Shown here one piece after another: positions 12,860 through 27,121 of a DNA stretch of 53,874 bases. Position 1 is the first letter of the stretch. Every line of letters starts with the position of its first letter. A model generated the notes under the pieces. It had not been told where the DNA came from. It ran no database searches and worked only from the letters and a program-made list of their open reading frames with translations. Source of the stretch: Octopus bimaculoides (taxonomy: Eukaryota); assembly GCF_001194135.2 (NCBI RefSeq), contig NC_068982.1, forward strand, positions 162,043,656 through 162,097,529. The letters run 5' to 3'. The translations under genes and the position numbers were made by a program.

Positions 12860-14596
12860 AAATGTTGCCTTTTCACTTTCTCCTCTTCCAGGCTCCAGTC
12901 TGATTTAGCATGATTTTTAGAGCTGGATGCCCTTCCTAACACCTGCTATTTTACAGTGTGTAATGGATACCTTTTCCGGTCACAAAAAGGGAGAAAATGG
13001 TTTCAAGGGTTTGTAGTTATGTAGAAGAAAGATTGAGCAAGGTCTTTTTTTTTTTAATACAAAGTTTGGGATTAAACAAAGTAAGGATGAAACTGGGTGA
13101 GGGTGAAATGGGTGGAATTTAGTGAAAGTAACATAAGGAACAGGAACTAATGCATTAACAGTAGAAGAGACAGAGAGAAGAGTATATAACAGCTGTTGGC
13201 TATGAGTTTTGGTTAAGTTAACTATGGTTAGTTCGTCTGAGGTAGCTAGCTACATGATGGTTATACATTAACTGGTCTAGTCTATGCCTGGAGTGATTGT
13301 AGACAGACTAATGATAAGAAGGACCAGGTAAATTTAATGCAACTGTTATGAAAAATACATGGCAAATGTCTTATATATTGATAAGTAATGGGTTTGGTAA
13401 TTCATGGCATGGTTCTGTGTTCTTGGCAGCATAGTTCATGGGAAGACATCTGTTTGGCTTGTGATCTCATCTCTATCTCTTCTCTGTAGTGTGAGGGAGT
13501 GTTTCTTATATAACGGTTGGTAGGCTGGAAGAGAATTTTTCTGCATTGGGATAAAAAAACTGTTGCTCAAACACCGATTGACTAGTTAAGACCATCCAAT
13601 TTTTGCAACAGATTTAGTCCAACTCTAATCGCCTGATCCAATGCTGACAATGTCAAAATACGCCCATTTGATATAATTTTAAAACTAAATAGCTGATTAG
13701 ACAAAATGCTTGCTACAGGTACATCACATCTTTATGCCAAAGATTGATTCAATTAGTTATACAACAATTTGAGTATGTGGTGATGTAAAATATCTATGTC
13801 ATGTAGCAGCTGTTCCGTTCTAGTTATACGAATAGTTCCCTATTGTAAGTGTAAACATACCATAGGTTCTGTTCTTACAACTCTCACTTGCTTCTGTCCC
13901 TGCACAAGCCATCTAACTCCATTTTCTTTACATTGCCTTATTGAATAATAACAGGCTTTATCTTGACTTCACAGTTAAGTGGTTAGTGTTAGGAGAGCAT
14001 AGTTCAGCTGTAAAAATAATTGCTCCAAACAAATATACCATCACACCTATGTTAGTGTGTTAAATGAATTTTAAAAAGAAATATATGAGCATATTATCGG
14101 TGTCATTAACATATTTAATATCATACACTGATGATCTCACTTCTCTCAATTAAGGTCAGGTATTAATGTTGATCTCATTTTATATGTACCTTCTAATAAC
14201 TGAGCCCATTCTGAAACCAGTATTTGATGATTCAAAACCAGTGTTGATTTAGTGATAGAAAGACTTGAAACCATCATACAACAGCTTAGTTTGCTAAAAA
14301 AAGCAGAAAGAAAAAACTTTGGAACAGACACTACAGTGAAACCCACACATATCCAAGCTGTTATATTGTACTGCAAATTATTGAACATAGTTTCAAGACA
14401 GTATAAGTTGCAGTATATCTGGTGTGTTTAATGTGCAGCTGTTCATTTATCTAATTTTGTGTTGTACACTATTTTTAATAGTCTTTCTTCAGCTTTCCTT
14501 CATTATCATCAACTACATTATTCTATTGCATAAATGTTCTCTGTATCTTTTGACTTTAATTTCTCTTCCAGCAAGCTACTTAGTATTAAGTATGTG

Positions 14597-14915
14597 AAGG
14601 TACATGGCTATGTGGTTAGGGTGTTTGACTCCTGATTGTAAGGTTGTTAGTTTGATACCTAGTGGTGCATTGTGTCCTTGAACAAGACACTTTATTTCAT
14701 GTTGCTCCAGTCCACTCAGCTGACAAAAATTATTAGTTCCTGTGTTTCAAAAAGCCAGCCTTGTCACATTCTGTGTCATGCTGAATCTTCTTGAGAATTA
14801 CTTGAGGAGTATGCATGTCTTTGGAGTGCTCAGTCACTTGCGTGTTAATTTCATAAGCAAGCTGTTCCGTTGATCAGATCAACTGGAACCCTCAATGTCG
14901 TAACCAACAAAATGT
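14597..14915 (+). mobile_element. tRNA-derived SINE, second family
   Basis: Head ggtacatggctatgtggttagggtg...gtttgatacct (A/B boxes) and core gtgtccttgaacaagacactttatttcatgttgctccagtccactcagctg. A more diverged relative lies at about 3985-4140. Confidence 0.7.
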
Positions 14916-15819
14916 CAGTTTTTTTATTAATATTTAGTATGTTATCTGATTATCTGGAGACCTCTGTTATTTGGAGTTATCCGTTTATCTGTGTGTGTGT
15001 GTGCCACCAGCCAGAAAACTTTGTGTAAGACTGCCAGTTACTTATGCGTGCAAGCCTTTCCTCTCCACACTACTGATATTGTCCAAGCATTAGGGTCAAT
15101 ACAATTTGGTTCCTGTGTCATTACTAGGGTTGTTGTCAGGATGTAGACAGCTCAGACATTTACTATACTGCATCACATCTGACACACTAACGTTTTTGCC
15201 AAGCTGCTACCCTGGTTTATTATATAAAAAGCTCTTATGCTGATGCCATGTAAAAAACACCGATGCCAGTGCCAGTGCCACCTAGAAAGTACCCACGCTG
15301 GTGCTGCATATAAAAGACCTATGCTAGTGCCATGGACAAAACATCCAGTACACTCTGTAAAATAGTTGATGTTAGGAAAGTTATTCAGCCATAGAAACCA
15401 AACCAAAACAGATAATTGGAGCCTGGTGCAGCTCTCTGGCTTGCCAGTTCCTAACCAATACCAGCTTGGGAAACGGGCATGAGGAGGAGGAGGGTGGTGG
15501 TAGCGCCGCCACCGAAGAAGAACCCTATAAGAGTAAAAGGTAAACTTAACCTCAGTGGGATTTGAACTTAGAACACAGTTGAAACAGGTGCCAATTCACA
15601 ACTTTATTTATACAGACATTTATTTCTGGTGCTCATCTGTAGTTTCCTTTATTTCCAAACAATATGTTCCCAGCATCATATTACATACAGTGTAATGTTA
15701 CTCTCGTGACCAATGTAGATATCATTGATTTATTGAAATCATGAAATTAGTAATATCACAGTCAGATCATATAGCTTCGCCTTCCCCACTTCATTCTGCT
15801 TTATGTTTCTTTTATATAG

Positions 15820-15900
15820 CTGAGAGATTTTCTTTGTTGGCAACAAAAGGTTTTCCTCGTAGTATGCAAGCTTGACTTAATGGAATGTGTTTGTGTATAA
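15820..15900 (+). CDS. Speculative alternative terminal exon (LRDFLCWQQKVFLVVCKLDLMECVCV*)
   Basis: A pyrimidine-rich stretch of about 40 nt ends ttttatatag|. The frame is open in phase 0 for 26 codons to TAA, compatible with the 10900 donor. No homology support. Confidence 0.22.
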   Translation: MRDFLCWQQKVFLVVCKLDLMECVCV

Positions 15901-16682
15901 TGATATATAAATCATACCATGTGTGACTATCATGATATTACATGGTATGTTTTATAATCAATGGGAATAGTACTACTTATGTCACTTGTCGATTTGAATT
16001 GCACTATATTTGTGACAATGCTTCATATTCTGTTACCAAAATATCTTGTGTAAAACATTCTGCCTAAAACATCTTTAGTAAACCAACATTTAATTTTAGG
16101 GAGCAAGAGAGCCTCTGTGCATTAAAAGTAACAGTCAAATCTTCTCCCAAAATCACCCTCTGAGAAAAGAAAAATTGGGGGCTTAAGACAAATCAGATAG
16201 GTTTGATCCATGAAAATAGATTACAAGTGAACTCATGAGTTCACTTATGCTCTACATGAAAAATAGAGCACAAACAAATCAGTGGATGGCTAGTTTTTTA
16301 AAGACATCAGCTGATATATGTAAAAATAGAAATAACTTAAATATAAGTGGGTGTAGGGAATGTATTGTGAGTTGTCAGTGGAAGATATGTGTGAAAGAGG
16401 ATCGTTAAAGATGCAAAAAGAAAAGGTATGGTTTTGATTTGTGCAAAATTTGGCTGCTATTTCTTGCTATGGAAGCTACCTTTTTGACTCTCAATTGTTG
16501 ATACATTACAGGTAAGGTTAAATGTTAAACTGTTAGGCTTCACAGCTGAGATGATATGACCAACATGATAGGTGACATGTTATATAGTACACCTGTCAAA
16601 ACCATGTCAGAATAGAAAGAAAAAGTGGGCTTTAAAACAGGAATATTTGAAGTGTTAGATATATTGTTGTATATATTCTTTT

Positions 16683-17714
16683 TATGGTGAAAACCCATAT
16701 AATTTGTGCACTTGCGTAATTTATGCAGGTGATTTTCAGGATAAAATTTGTTTTAAAAAAAGCTTCTACTTGTGTAAAATTCACACCTAAAAGTTTCCAG
16801 AATTTCCGATATAGCCAGGGGAAAAAGGTTTTGAATTTAGTTATTTAGCATAATTTCACTTACTTATGATTAGATTTTATTAAATTTTCATTAAATAAAA
16901 TTAATTTCTATTTAACAGGTATCACATTGAAAGCTATTAAATTACAAAGTGTTTGTGTTGTTTGTCATGAACATTATTTTACGTTTCTTGCCCACAAGAG
17001 ATTATGTCTGATCTTTAGCATACTGCTGTATGTCTTCTCAAATTACAATCACAGGAAAAGTTGTTGATAAGAATTACCATCAAAAACAAAGCTGATAAAT
17101 ACACACAGGTATTGCAAATTAAGTTTTATTACCAGTGAACATCAGCTTGGATGACACTTTACTCAACCGACAGAGGAAGGTGGCTGATCAAACTGGTTAT
17201 GATCAAAATTTTAATCCCTTTCACACTTATAAAATGTCAAGCAAACTTAAAAATTTGTCATTAACGTTATTGTCAGTATGAACAGAATTTATGAATTGTT
17301 TACTGCAAAGGAGAAATTAAATATGTGCTCCATTGCAATAGGTAGAAACTCCAAACAATGTAAAATATGGCCCGGACCATGTTTACCAGAAAGACCGTCA
17401 GACTTCAACAACTAGTTCACCATTTAATGGTTTTAGTAAATTGATACAGAAAAAGTAAGCATTATACCACCCAGCATAAATAAAAGTCAACTTCATTATG
17501 CGTATTTAAGCCATTATTTTTTCTGTAAAAACCTGTTCTGACATTAAATGAGTCGACTTCTGGTCTGAATTTTTATGTTTTGTACATCTTTTTTCAACAA
17601 AAAAAATTTCGATAAAAATACCAGAAATGATCTACTCATGTAATTTACACATCTCCTAAAGTTTATTTTTATTTTTGCGGAAAAAGTGCATAAATTAAAT
17701 GCATTTTTACGGTA
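16683..17714. mobile_element. Probable decayed pogo/Tc1-mariner-type non-autonomous element
   Basis: The right end gtgcataaattaaatgcatttttacggta is an imperfect inverted repeat of the left end tatggtgaaaacccatataatttgtgcac. TA at both ends; no ORF. Confidence 0.45.
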
Positions 17715-18173
17715 CTTACTTGGCTCTGTCTTGAGAATGTGGCCACAACATAGTAAAGTTACTAGCATAACTGTGTGGTTTAGCAGTTTGCTTTCAAGTT
17801 CAGTTGGATTCAGTCTCACTGCACAGTAACTTGTGCAGGTGTCTTCTACTGTAACTTCAAGCTAACGAATACCTTGTGAGTGAATTTGGCTGATAGAAGC
17901 TGTGTGGATGCCTGTTGTGTGTGTGTGTGTATGTGTGCATGCATGCATGCACATGTAGATAGGTAGATTGATAGATAGATATGAAAAGTAAACATAAATA
18001 ACATTTAAAATATATGACACCTGTTTTGGTAGAATTATATTTTAATGTAGTCATAACAGATTACACTATAACATACAGTCCAGGTGTTCTACACGTTGAT
18101 GTGCCTTGGTTCTTAAGAATCCTCATAACCAAATCATATACAGATAGATATGTGTGTGTTTGTGTGTATATAT

Positions 18174-18310
18174 AGGAAGAGCATCCAGCTGTAGAAACTC
18201 TGCCAGATCAGATTGGAGCCTGGTGCAGCCATCTGGTTCGCCAGTCCTCAGTCAAATCGTCCAACCCATGCCAGCATGGGAAGCGGACGTTAAACAATGA
18301 TGATGATGAT
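18174..18310 (+). mobile_element. RTE-type 3' tail with (GAT)n end
   Basis: ggaagagcatccagctgtagaaactctgccagatcagattggagcctggtgcagcc...agcatgggaagcggacgttaaacaatgatgatgatgat, nearly identical to 8845-8977. Further copies lie near 10160-10330(-), 12885-12975(-), 15230-15490(+), 22785-23000(-), 26020-26170(+) and 44745-44900(+). Confidence 0.85.
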
Positions 18311-18977
18311 ATATATATATATGTATACACTATGTGTGTATTTGACCCCACTCTTATCTCCACTACTTGACAACTGGTGTTGCTTTGTTTATAGCTTTGC
18401 AAATTGGTGGTTTTGCAAAAGAGACCAATAAAAATGTGTACCAGATTTTTAAAAATTAGTACTGGGATCAATTTGTTTGACTAAGCTCTTTAGGGAGGTA
18501 CCCTAGCATGACTGCTGCCCAATGATTGAAACAAGTAAAATATGAAAGTCTTTTTTTTTTTTGTTTTGTTTTCTATATTTGTTGTTCAACAGTTTAGTTT
18601 TACTGCTTTAACTGTTATTCATACAGACTATCTAAACTTAGCTACCTCCCTCCCTCCTTCTCTAATATAAATATAAGGTGATTCTTCTTGGCAATAGAAT
18701 TTTTTTTTTTTCCTGCTTAACATCAAGCTTGTGGCAGTAGAGTTTTGATATTTGCCTGAAAGTTTGGCTGTTGGAAAACTACTGGTTTGGTTCTTTCATT
18801 CTATATTGAGAAAGTGGGGATTATGGCAAAGTGAAATTGTTTGACAGTGATAAATTAGTTATTGTTATTTGTTTTATTTAAATCATTAGAAATGGAGAGA
18901 TTGTTTCTTGACCTGTTATGTAACTTGTTATTTACCCAGGTCAAACATGATCAAGCAGAGGCTTTCCAGACATGACC

Positions 18978-19056
<79 letters not shown>

Positions 19057-19489
19057 CACATTATTAAATATGTCTTTTTTCCTTGAGTGGAATTGGAGGT
19101 AGATTTAGCTGCTATTTCTACTCGGTCAAATGACCATATAGAGGCTCTTTCATTAGCTTGGTGTAGAATTACTTTATATAGTTAGTAGAATTGTCACTAT
19201 CTTAGTTTATTATTGAGTGAGGAGTTATACAAGATATTGAAAATAAAAATTTCCCTGAAATTGTCTGTTATGGTAAAAAGCAGCATATATGACCCTTTAC
19301 AGGACATCCATGGCTGGTAGCAAGAAGAGAGTCATTTTCAGACCCATTGTTTGCAACAGTGTGGACTGTACTACAGGTACACATGGGTACAGTTGCTAAA
19401 TGTTAGTGGTAAACTCATCCACCAAAGCCCACTGTTGTTTAGCTCAGGATAGACTTGGGAAAAGTATTTAAGATCATACTTCAGGAAAC

Positions 19490-19825
19490 CTGCCAGTCAC
19501 CTAGTCACCTACCGTTCTGGCAGACATATTAGCCAAATTGACTACATCCTTGCCAGAAAAAGGGAAAGACGGCTGCTTANNNNNNNNNNATATTAGCCAA
19601 ATTGACTACATCCTTGCCAGAAAAAGGGAAAGACGGCTGCTTATAAATGCCAAAACCTTCCCAGGTGAAGAATGTACCCTACAACATAGACTGGTAGCTA
19701 GCAACTTCAGGATCAGGGCTAAATGGATGCCCAGAAGACGACCAGCATGGAGGAGAAGGATCTGGAAGCTTAAAGATCCTGCGAATGGACAGAGATTTAG
19801 AGACGTATTACTTGAAGCAATTCGT
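19490..19825 (+). mobile_element. RTE LINE fragment, C-terminal part of the AP endonuclease domain
   Basis: Reads FRKPASHLVTYRSGRHISQIDYILARKRERRLLINAKTFPGEECTLQHRLVASNFRIR. The SQIDYIL and QHRLV motifs are typical of APE domains. Confidence 0.9.
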
Positions 19826-22800
19826 GCAATCTGATCCCAGTCTTTAGACTTAGAGGTCTGACCACAGTGGATCAGCAAACTAAAGATGGCTGCAGTGACC
19901 TGCAAGCTGAAGGTTTTTACATTTAAGCAGCCTTTTTATAGGTGAGTTCCCTTACAGGGCTGGGGAGCTCCACATACCCTGGAGTTGTTGGAAGTGTGTC
20001 AAAGTGGATACTGAACTGCCCAAGGAACTCCATGGTTGACTCCCGCTAGCCTTTTCCTTACACAAGGCAATAAGTAGAGGGATACAGAGGAGGATTAAAG
20101 GTAGGGAGTGAACCTGCAATACAACAGTGAGACAGTGAACAACCACCTTCGTTTGCTTTGCTAGCTCAAAGAAAAATCATTAGGAAACTTAGTTGAAAAT
20201 CAATATTGAGCTAATAAAACATTATTACTGGAAAGTTTTGTTGATGTTTTATTTACTGTAAAATACTTATTTCCAAAATTACTGGTCTGACAAAAAGTCA
20301 ATATTTTATACACGACAGGTTTTGTTATAGGACTGGATTACTCCAGTTGTCATACAGCATAATTGAACATATTTCTTATCTGTTCTTTATTACTTAATCA
20401 TTAGGATGGTAATCCTCCCTTACATCCAACTCAAATAAATTGCCATTTTTGGCAAACTCTATCTTATTTCCAATATTAGACAACAATTATTCTGTCTAAC
20501 ATTAAACATTGCCTTGTTTTTTCCCAATATTCTGTAATGTTATTGTTATATTTTAGATGACATGGCCTATATTTCCTCTTATTTCTGGTCCAGTGATTAC
20601 AGACTAGATTTCTAGAGTTATCTACTTGAGATATATACTGAGTCAATGATAGGTTTCTTATTAAAAGCTTCTATCTGAACAAAACTAGAAAGTGACCAGT
20701 CATTTTTACTGGCCTTTAATCTGCTATCACTGTTAGTTTGATTGCATTTCAAGACAAATTTGTACTTGTGATACCTTCTAACATTTGCTGATTGTCTATA
20801 TTGTTGATTATTGAACATTGTCAGTCATTCTTAAGTTGTGTATCAGTATAGAAGTAGCATCGTTTGTTAGCTGTTTCAGGGTCAACTGTATCCTTGTGAC
20901 ACCTTAGAGTATAATTTCTATTCAGTTTCTAGAAGAGAAATAACTAAAGTTTATACCTATTTCACCTAATCCACCTATATATTATTAACCTCCCCATTTC
21001 TCTTACCTCTAAGTGTGTGTATGCACACACATACACATATATTTTCCTCTACAATAAGAAAATGAGATAGATCTTAAGAACGGATGATCGGAGGAAGTGG
21101 GATTGTGGCTGACAGTATAGAAGGATAATATGTGATGTTAAGAGAGAGCATAGGTGATGAAATAGTTGAGGTAAGAGAGTGATGGTTGTCAATAAAGTAT
21201 TGATCTGAGGGATGGGGAGTAATGGCTAGCAGTACAGGAGGATAAATGGAGGGATGTACACCATATTATAACAAGACTACATTAGAAGATTAATGGTCTC
21301 TAAAAGATCGATATACTTTTTACCAGAGTGGAAGTACTAATTGCAATAGTGGAAGGTGCTGTTGATGGTAATGAATATAGGGGATCAGTTGGTAGAATAA
21401 AGAATATGTGTTGTAATTGGCATGGAAGAATCATCAAGGATTGTTTTTGTTATTTTTTAAGATACTGCACTTCTCTGAACAATAAACATTGAGTGGCTTC
21501 ACTTTTGAATCCCTCGATAAAATGGAGCAAAAGGGTAATTTTAACCTATCCCTCATTAATTTATCATCAGGCAATTTGTTCTCCTCCCATGTGATATGTG
21601 TGTCTCTACCGCCATACCTCCATCAGTCTCATAGCAATTAAAAATTTTACAGAAATGATCTCACTTCACAAAATTTGGTATGATAGTTTTCTGCAATAAC
21701 CTTGTCTGAGTTGGCAGCTTCACTATTGCTCAAAACACTGATTACCCAGAATACCCAACCCCTATTTTTAAAAGGTTTTGACCAAACACTTGCAAGTTTT
21801 AAATTCTACTGGTTTTGTATCACACTCAGCACTGCTACTACAAGCATCTCTCTCAAGTGCTTATGAAGAGATTTAGATTTTTACAAATGCTTCACTCACT
21901 GAATCACCAGCTAATTGTTTCTTTTTGAATAAAAGATTTTTCCTTAGACTGTGAACATGTAGTTTTTATACACACAGACAATATCCAACACCCATAACTC
22001 TGTTATATTAACTTCATTATTTAAAGCACTATTTAATCGATCAATCTTAATACCTTTCATACTTTTACTACAGATTAAAAGAGAGCTAATCTAACCAAGT
22101 GGCTTTCAGAGTTATGACCCCTGGGCTACACCTTTTTCCTTCGTTATCATATACTCAGTGTGATCTCATTTTTTTCACCTTGTTCAGAGTTCATTGAGTA
22201 GCTACTTTTGTTTTCAGTTAGATGTGAAAATATTTGAAGTTAAGTTTCTAGAAGTTCTAGGCCCACAGTTAGAACCTAAATTACATCTACACATTATATG
22301 GCTGTGTTATACTCACTACAAAATAAATATATAATAGTGTTATTATCATATGTCTTGTCTTAATTCTGCCATATAGCTGATAGGCCTTCTATGTTTTGTT
22401 TATTACATGTTTATTTTTCTGTTACTTTTCATTCTTTTTGGTTTTATATATTTTCCCATCTCCTCATAACTCATACTTTTATAGTTTGTCAAGAGAACCC
22501 CATCCTTTTTTTTACATTCCTCACTCTGTCTTTCATGTTCACTCATTTATACCCCAGCAGCTTTTTGCTGTCAACCAAATTTGCTGTCATCAAATTGAAC
22601 AATATTATTAATAAGGTGTCAAATTTGTGATGATTCTTGGTTGATAACTGTTGAAAGATGCATGTCTATGTGTTTTGCTTGCCTTTTTCCTTGTTTTCCA
22701 TACATTCCTTCTTCCTCCTTCTGTGCCAGGCTACATTTACTATCAAATGTACACACACACACACACACACAAATATATGCATACATCATCATCATCATTG

Positions 22801-24680
22801 CATATCCACTTTCCATGCTGGCACGGGTTGGACAAGTCATCAAAATCTGGTTCTTATTCAGAATTACTGCCCTCCCAGATTGATCAGCAGATCACATCTC
22901 ACCCTTAATGTTTCATTTTTAACATGGTTGTTACACCTTCCTAATACCAACTACTTAACAAAGTGTATTGGGTGCATTTTATCATTGCACCAGTACTAGA
23001 GAGGACGGAGGTAATAGAGTGGCAGATAGCAAGAGGCTGATAAATTGTGGGAGAGAATGATTGGTGTTGATAGCAAATTTGCATTGTGGAGTATTGGTAG
23101 ATTGTATGGGATACATACAGATCTACTGAGACCCCTAACCTATATGCCTCGAGATGGGCAAGAGAGCTAGGATGATGTGGATAACAGAGGGATGGGTGGA
23201 GTGTTGACAAGAGCGTCAGACAGACCCCATGGCATGCCTAGTTACACTGGAAATTACATAGTGTAAGCCAAAGAGATCAGTTGCTGTCTTCAGCCACATG
23301 AATAACATAACACAATGAGAATGAGAAGAAGAAAGAATGATTGAGAGAATAGCAATAGGAGCATGAGTTCTTGAATAATAAAGGCAAGGGTGATAGAGAC
23401 AGGAGTCAGAGTGGATAATAAACAGGTGGGCAATAAGTGGGATGTATGATAGTCATGGTTGTGTTAGAGGAGATGCGAGGCTAATCAAGGAGAACAAAGC
23501 TGTAGCCTTGATAACGTGTTTGTGTGTGTGTGTGCATGTGTGTATATATGTATATATATATGTGTGTGTGTGTACGTACATATATATGCACATACATACC
23601 AACACATTTTTACATACACCGACCTGAGGATTGGAAGAAGTCAATTTCACATGTGCTCTTGGTTCACATTGTGTGTGTGTATGTATATATGATGGACTCT
23701 CCCATTATATATTAAACTGAAAAAGGTCTGTTGTATGCACATGCACCTTCCTCTCTTGGCATCATATACTAATTGCAGAGAGACATTACCATGATACAAG
23801 TTTTGTTGTTTGTTTGCAATCTTCTGAGAAAATATGTCTGGCCATTTTACTTTTCATGTTCAAAGGGTTAGGATCAACATAACTGTACTTGAAAATTAGT
23901 GTGAGTTGGAAAAAAGGGAAGGGCAAACAGCCATAGAAAATCTCCCTCAATAAATTTCATCTGATTCATAAAGCATAGAAAAGTAACTGTTAACACAATG
24001 GTAATTTGGTGGCAATGGGGGTAGTGTGTATGTCATTGTGATGATAGCTAAGCTGGCTGAAACTTTGAAGTTATTGTCAGTATGTATCAGAGTAATAAAT
24101 TTGTGCTCTACAAAAAGCATTGAGTAAACCTTTAGTTTTATGTAGAATTGTTTTTGTTATAACTCAACATGAAAACTGTGTGTGTGTGTGCATAACATAC
24201 AGACATATATGCACAGGCATAGCCATGTGGTTAAGAAATTGACTTCCTGCTCACATGGTTTCAGGTTTAGTCCTACTGTGTAGAACCTTGAACAAGTATC
24301 TTCTACAATAGCCCTGGACTAATCAGAGTTTTGTGGATTTGGTAAACAGAAGCTGGAGGAAGCCCTGTGTGTGTGTGTGTGTGTGTGTGTATCTCTGCCT
24401 GTCTGTTTGTTTACATATTTACATGTATCTAGGGTTTTTTTTATCTCTGTCAGTATGTATTCCTCATGTCCTAACATGTACGTATTGATTGTAAATGAGA
24501 AGGCATCATTCGCATAAGCGTTGTCACTTGTATGAATGTGGAAATACATGTTGTGACAGCATTGTAGAAATATTTGCTTCTCCTAAGTTTATTGTCTGAC
24601 CACACACTAACATGGTAAGATGGATGTTAAAATTATATTTATAAATATACGCATTGTGTGTGTTTGTATACATGTGCATA

Positions 24681-24914
24681 TATATATGTGTGTATACATA
24701 CATACACACGCACATACATACATACATACATTGTATGTACTTTTATATATATATATATATATATGATATAAAAAAACTCTATTCAGTTCATATATATGTG
24801 TGTACACATACATACACACACATACACACACACATACATCCATACATACATACATACATTGTATGTACTTTTATATATATATATATATGATAAAAAAAAA
24901 ACTCTATTCAGTTC
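24681..24914. repeat. Tandem duplication of a compound microsatellite unit of about 110-124 bp
   Basis: Two copies of tatatatgtgtgta...catacattgtatgtactttta(ta)n tgata(a)n ctctattcagttca. Confidence 0.85.
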
Positions 24915-26940
24915 ATTGTTTATAAATATGCTATGGTTTGCCATGATGAAAATATACATTTTTTTATTTGTCAAACTTCCTTTGTGTCAATGAATATTGA
25001 AGTTAGAATTTCTTGATAAAATATTACAGTATTGCACATGTCAAGCTGATTTGTTTTGGGTTAAATGGAAAAATTATTGATTTTCTTCCGCTGCTTCTAA
25101 GCTTTGAATGGACACAGTGGGAATTTATCTGTGTATTGTTGTTCATTTGTTGCTACTCTTTCCCCACAACAGTACTCCTTGCACCTGTTATTTATCTCCT
25201 TTCAATGTCTCCCCTACTGTGAGAGACATTTACTCTTATCTGTGATTATCTTCATTCTGTGAATTGATAAGGGTGCCTCCATACAGTCACTTGGTCCACT
25301 AGAAACAGCAGCCATATCTACCTCAAATCATAACCTTCTATCTTTTAAAAGGGACACATTGTATAATGATATTGTCTTAGATATCCTATGTCAGAGAACT
25401 AAAACAGTGTTTTCCTGGTCGGAAAACCTTTGGTCACTGTTTTGCTCACTAAACAGCTACGATAACAGCATTATGCTTCTTCTATGTTCTCCACTGTTAC
25501 CCCCTCTCTCATTCTCTCACTCACTGGTTCTAAGATATTCAGTCTAGCAGTGAAGATTCAGCACCACTGTTGTTCTCAGGTGTCTGTAGGAGTCTTCAGC
25601 CATCAATGTAATCTACTTGGCACCGGTACATGGAAAAGGAAATACACACCTCCTAGGTAGCTGCTTTATTTATTTTTACTTTCCTTACACGTATTGCAAT
25701 GCTTGTGTATGTATGTATGTATATATATNNNNNNNNNNNNNNNNNNNNNNNNNNNNNNNNNNNNNNNNNNNNNNNNNNNNNNNNNNNNNNNNNNNNNNNN
25801 NNNNNNNNNNNNNNNNNNNNNNNNNNNNNNNNNNNNNNNNNNNNNNNNNNNNNNNNNNNNNNNNNNNNNNNNNNNNNNNNNNNNNNNNNNNNNNNNNNNN
25901 NNNNNNNGAGTATGTATGGGATTTTTATTTTTTATAGATTTATTTTAAATTTTTGTGTATGTGTGTAGCATATGAGTATATATTGTGTGTATGTGTCAGT
26001 AAAAATATGTGTGTTTGTACGCGTGATAAGATGCCCCCAGTCTTCACTGTAAGATATATACACAGTGCCAAAGTTTGCCAGTATTATGTTCTGTGTGCAT
26101 GAGGCTGACCTGACAATCCATCAAACTCATGCCAGCATGAAAGAATGGACATAGTATCATGATGATGATGTGTGTGTGTATATCTATGTCAGTCTGTCTT
26201 ATATATATATGATATGATATGTTTAATATAGCCGTATGTATATATTGTATGTTGTGAGTTACATCACCACTCCTCTCAACTTCAATCTGTTTATCAGCAA
26301 CTCAGTGCTGTTGTGATTTTCTGAATCTAAATATTTATGGTGTCTGTTTGCTAAATGTCTGTTCTGGGACATTATTCTGCCTGCTGTAGTTACAAACAAG
26401 GTTTTACTGTACATTTATTTAGATGGCAGCTTGCAGAATATTAACACAAGTTTCAAAAAACAAACTAAAAGTGATTATTTAAACAAATTCATCTGCTTGT
26501 GTGTTATACACATGTACACATGAGTTTATATGTATATGTATATATATAAATATATGTGTGTGTGTGTATACATATAGACACACACACACACACATAAATA
26601 TGTATTTGTTAATTTGTATATTCATACACTTTCAGATACAAGGTGATTATGCTATCAAATATTTTTGTTATGAACATGTGTCTATATTTATTTTGCTTTG
26701 TATCGTTAATAGTTGTAATTACTTATCAATAATTTTTACCATTAAAAAACGCTTTTGTTGTTGCTATATGTTAAATGACATGATGATGATTTACTGTGAG
26801 GTTCAATATTTTGGCATTTCACATATAAACAATAAATGATAATAATCCAACATGGTACACACTCTCAGTAATTCTACTGTAAATCTTACCAGTTCCTTTT
26901 ACTGTGTTGTTATATCTCTCTCTCTCTCTCTCTCTCTGTC

Positions 26941-26982
<42 letters not shown>

Positions 26983-27121
26983 TTCACTATGAAGCAACAA
27001 AGGAACAGTTATGTGGTTTCTTAATACACCAGAAATAATACTTGTATCCAGTTTGAATAACATCCTACCAGTTTAAGAAAAGGTATGATACATTGAACCT
27101 AAATAAACTGATTCTGAAATA

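Noticed and set aside
14572-14583. Strong acceptor tttaatttctcttccag| giving QAT* as a terminal exon
   Set aside because: Directly abuts a SINE and is indistinguishable from a chance pyrimidine tract.
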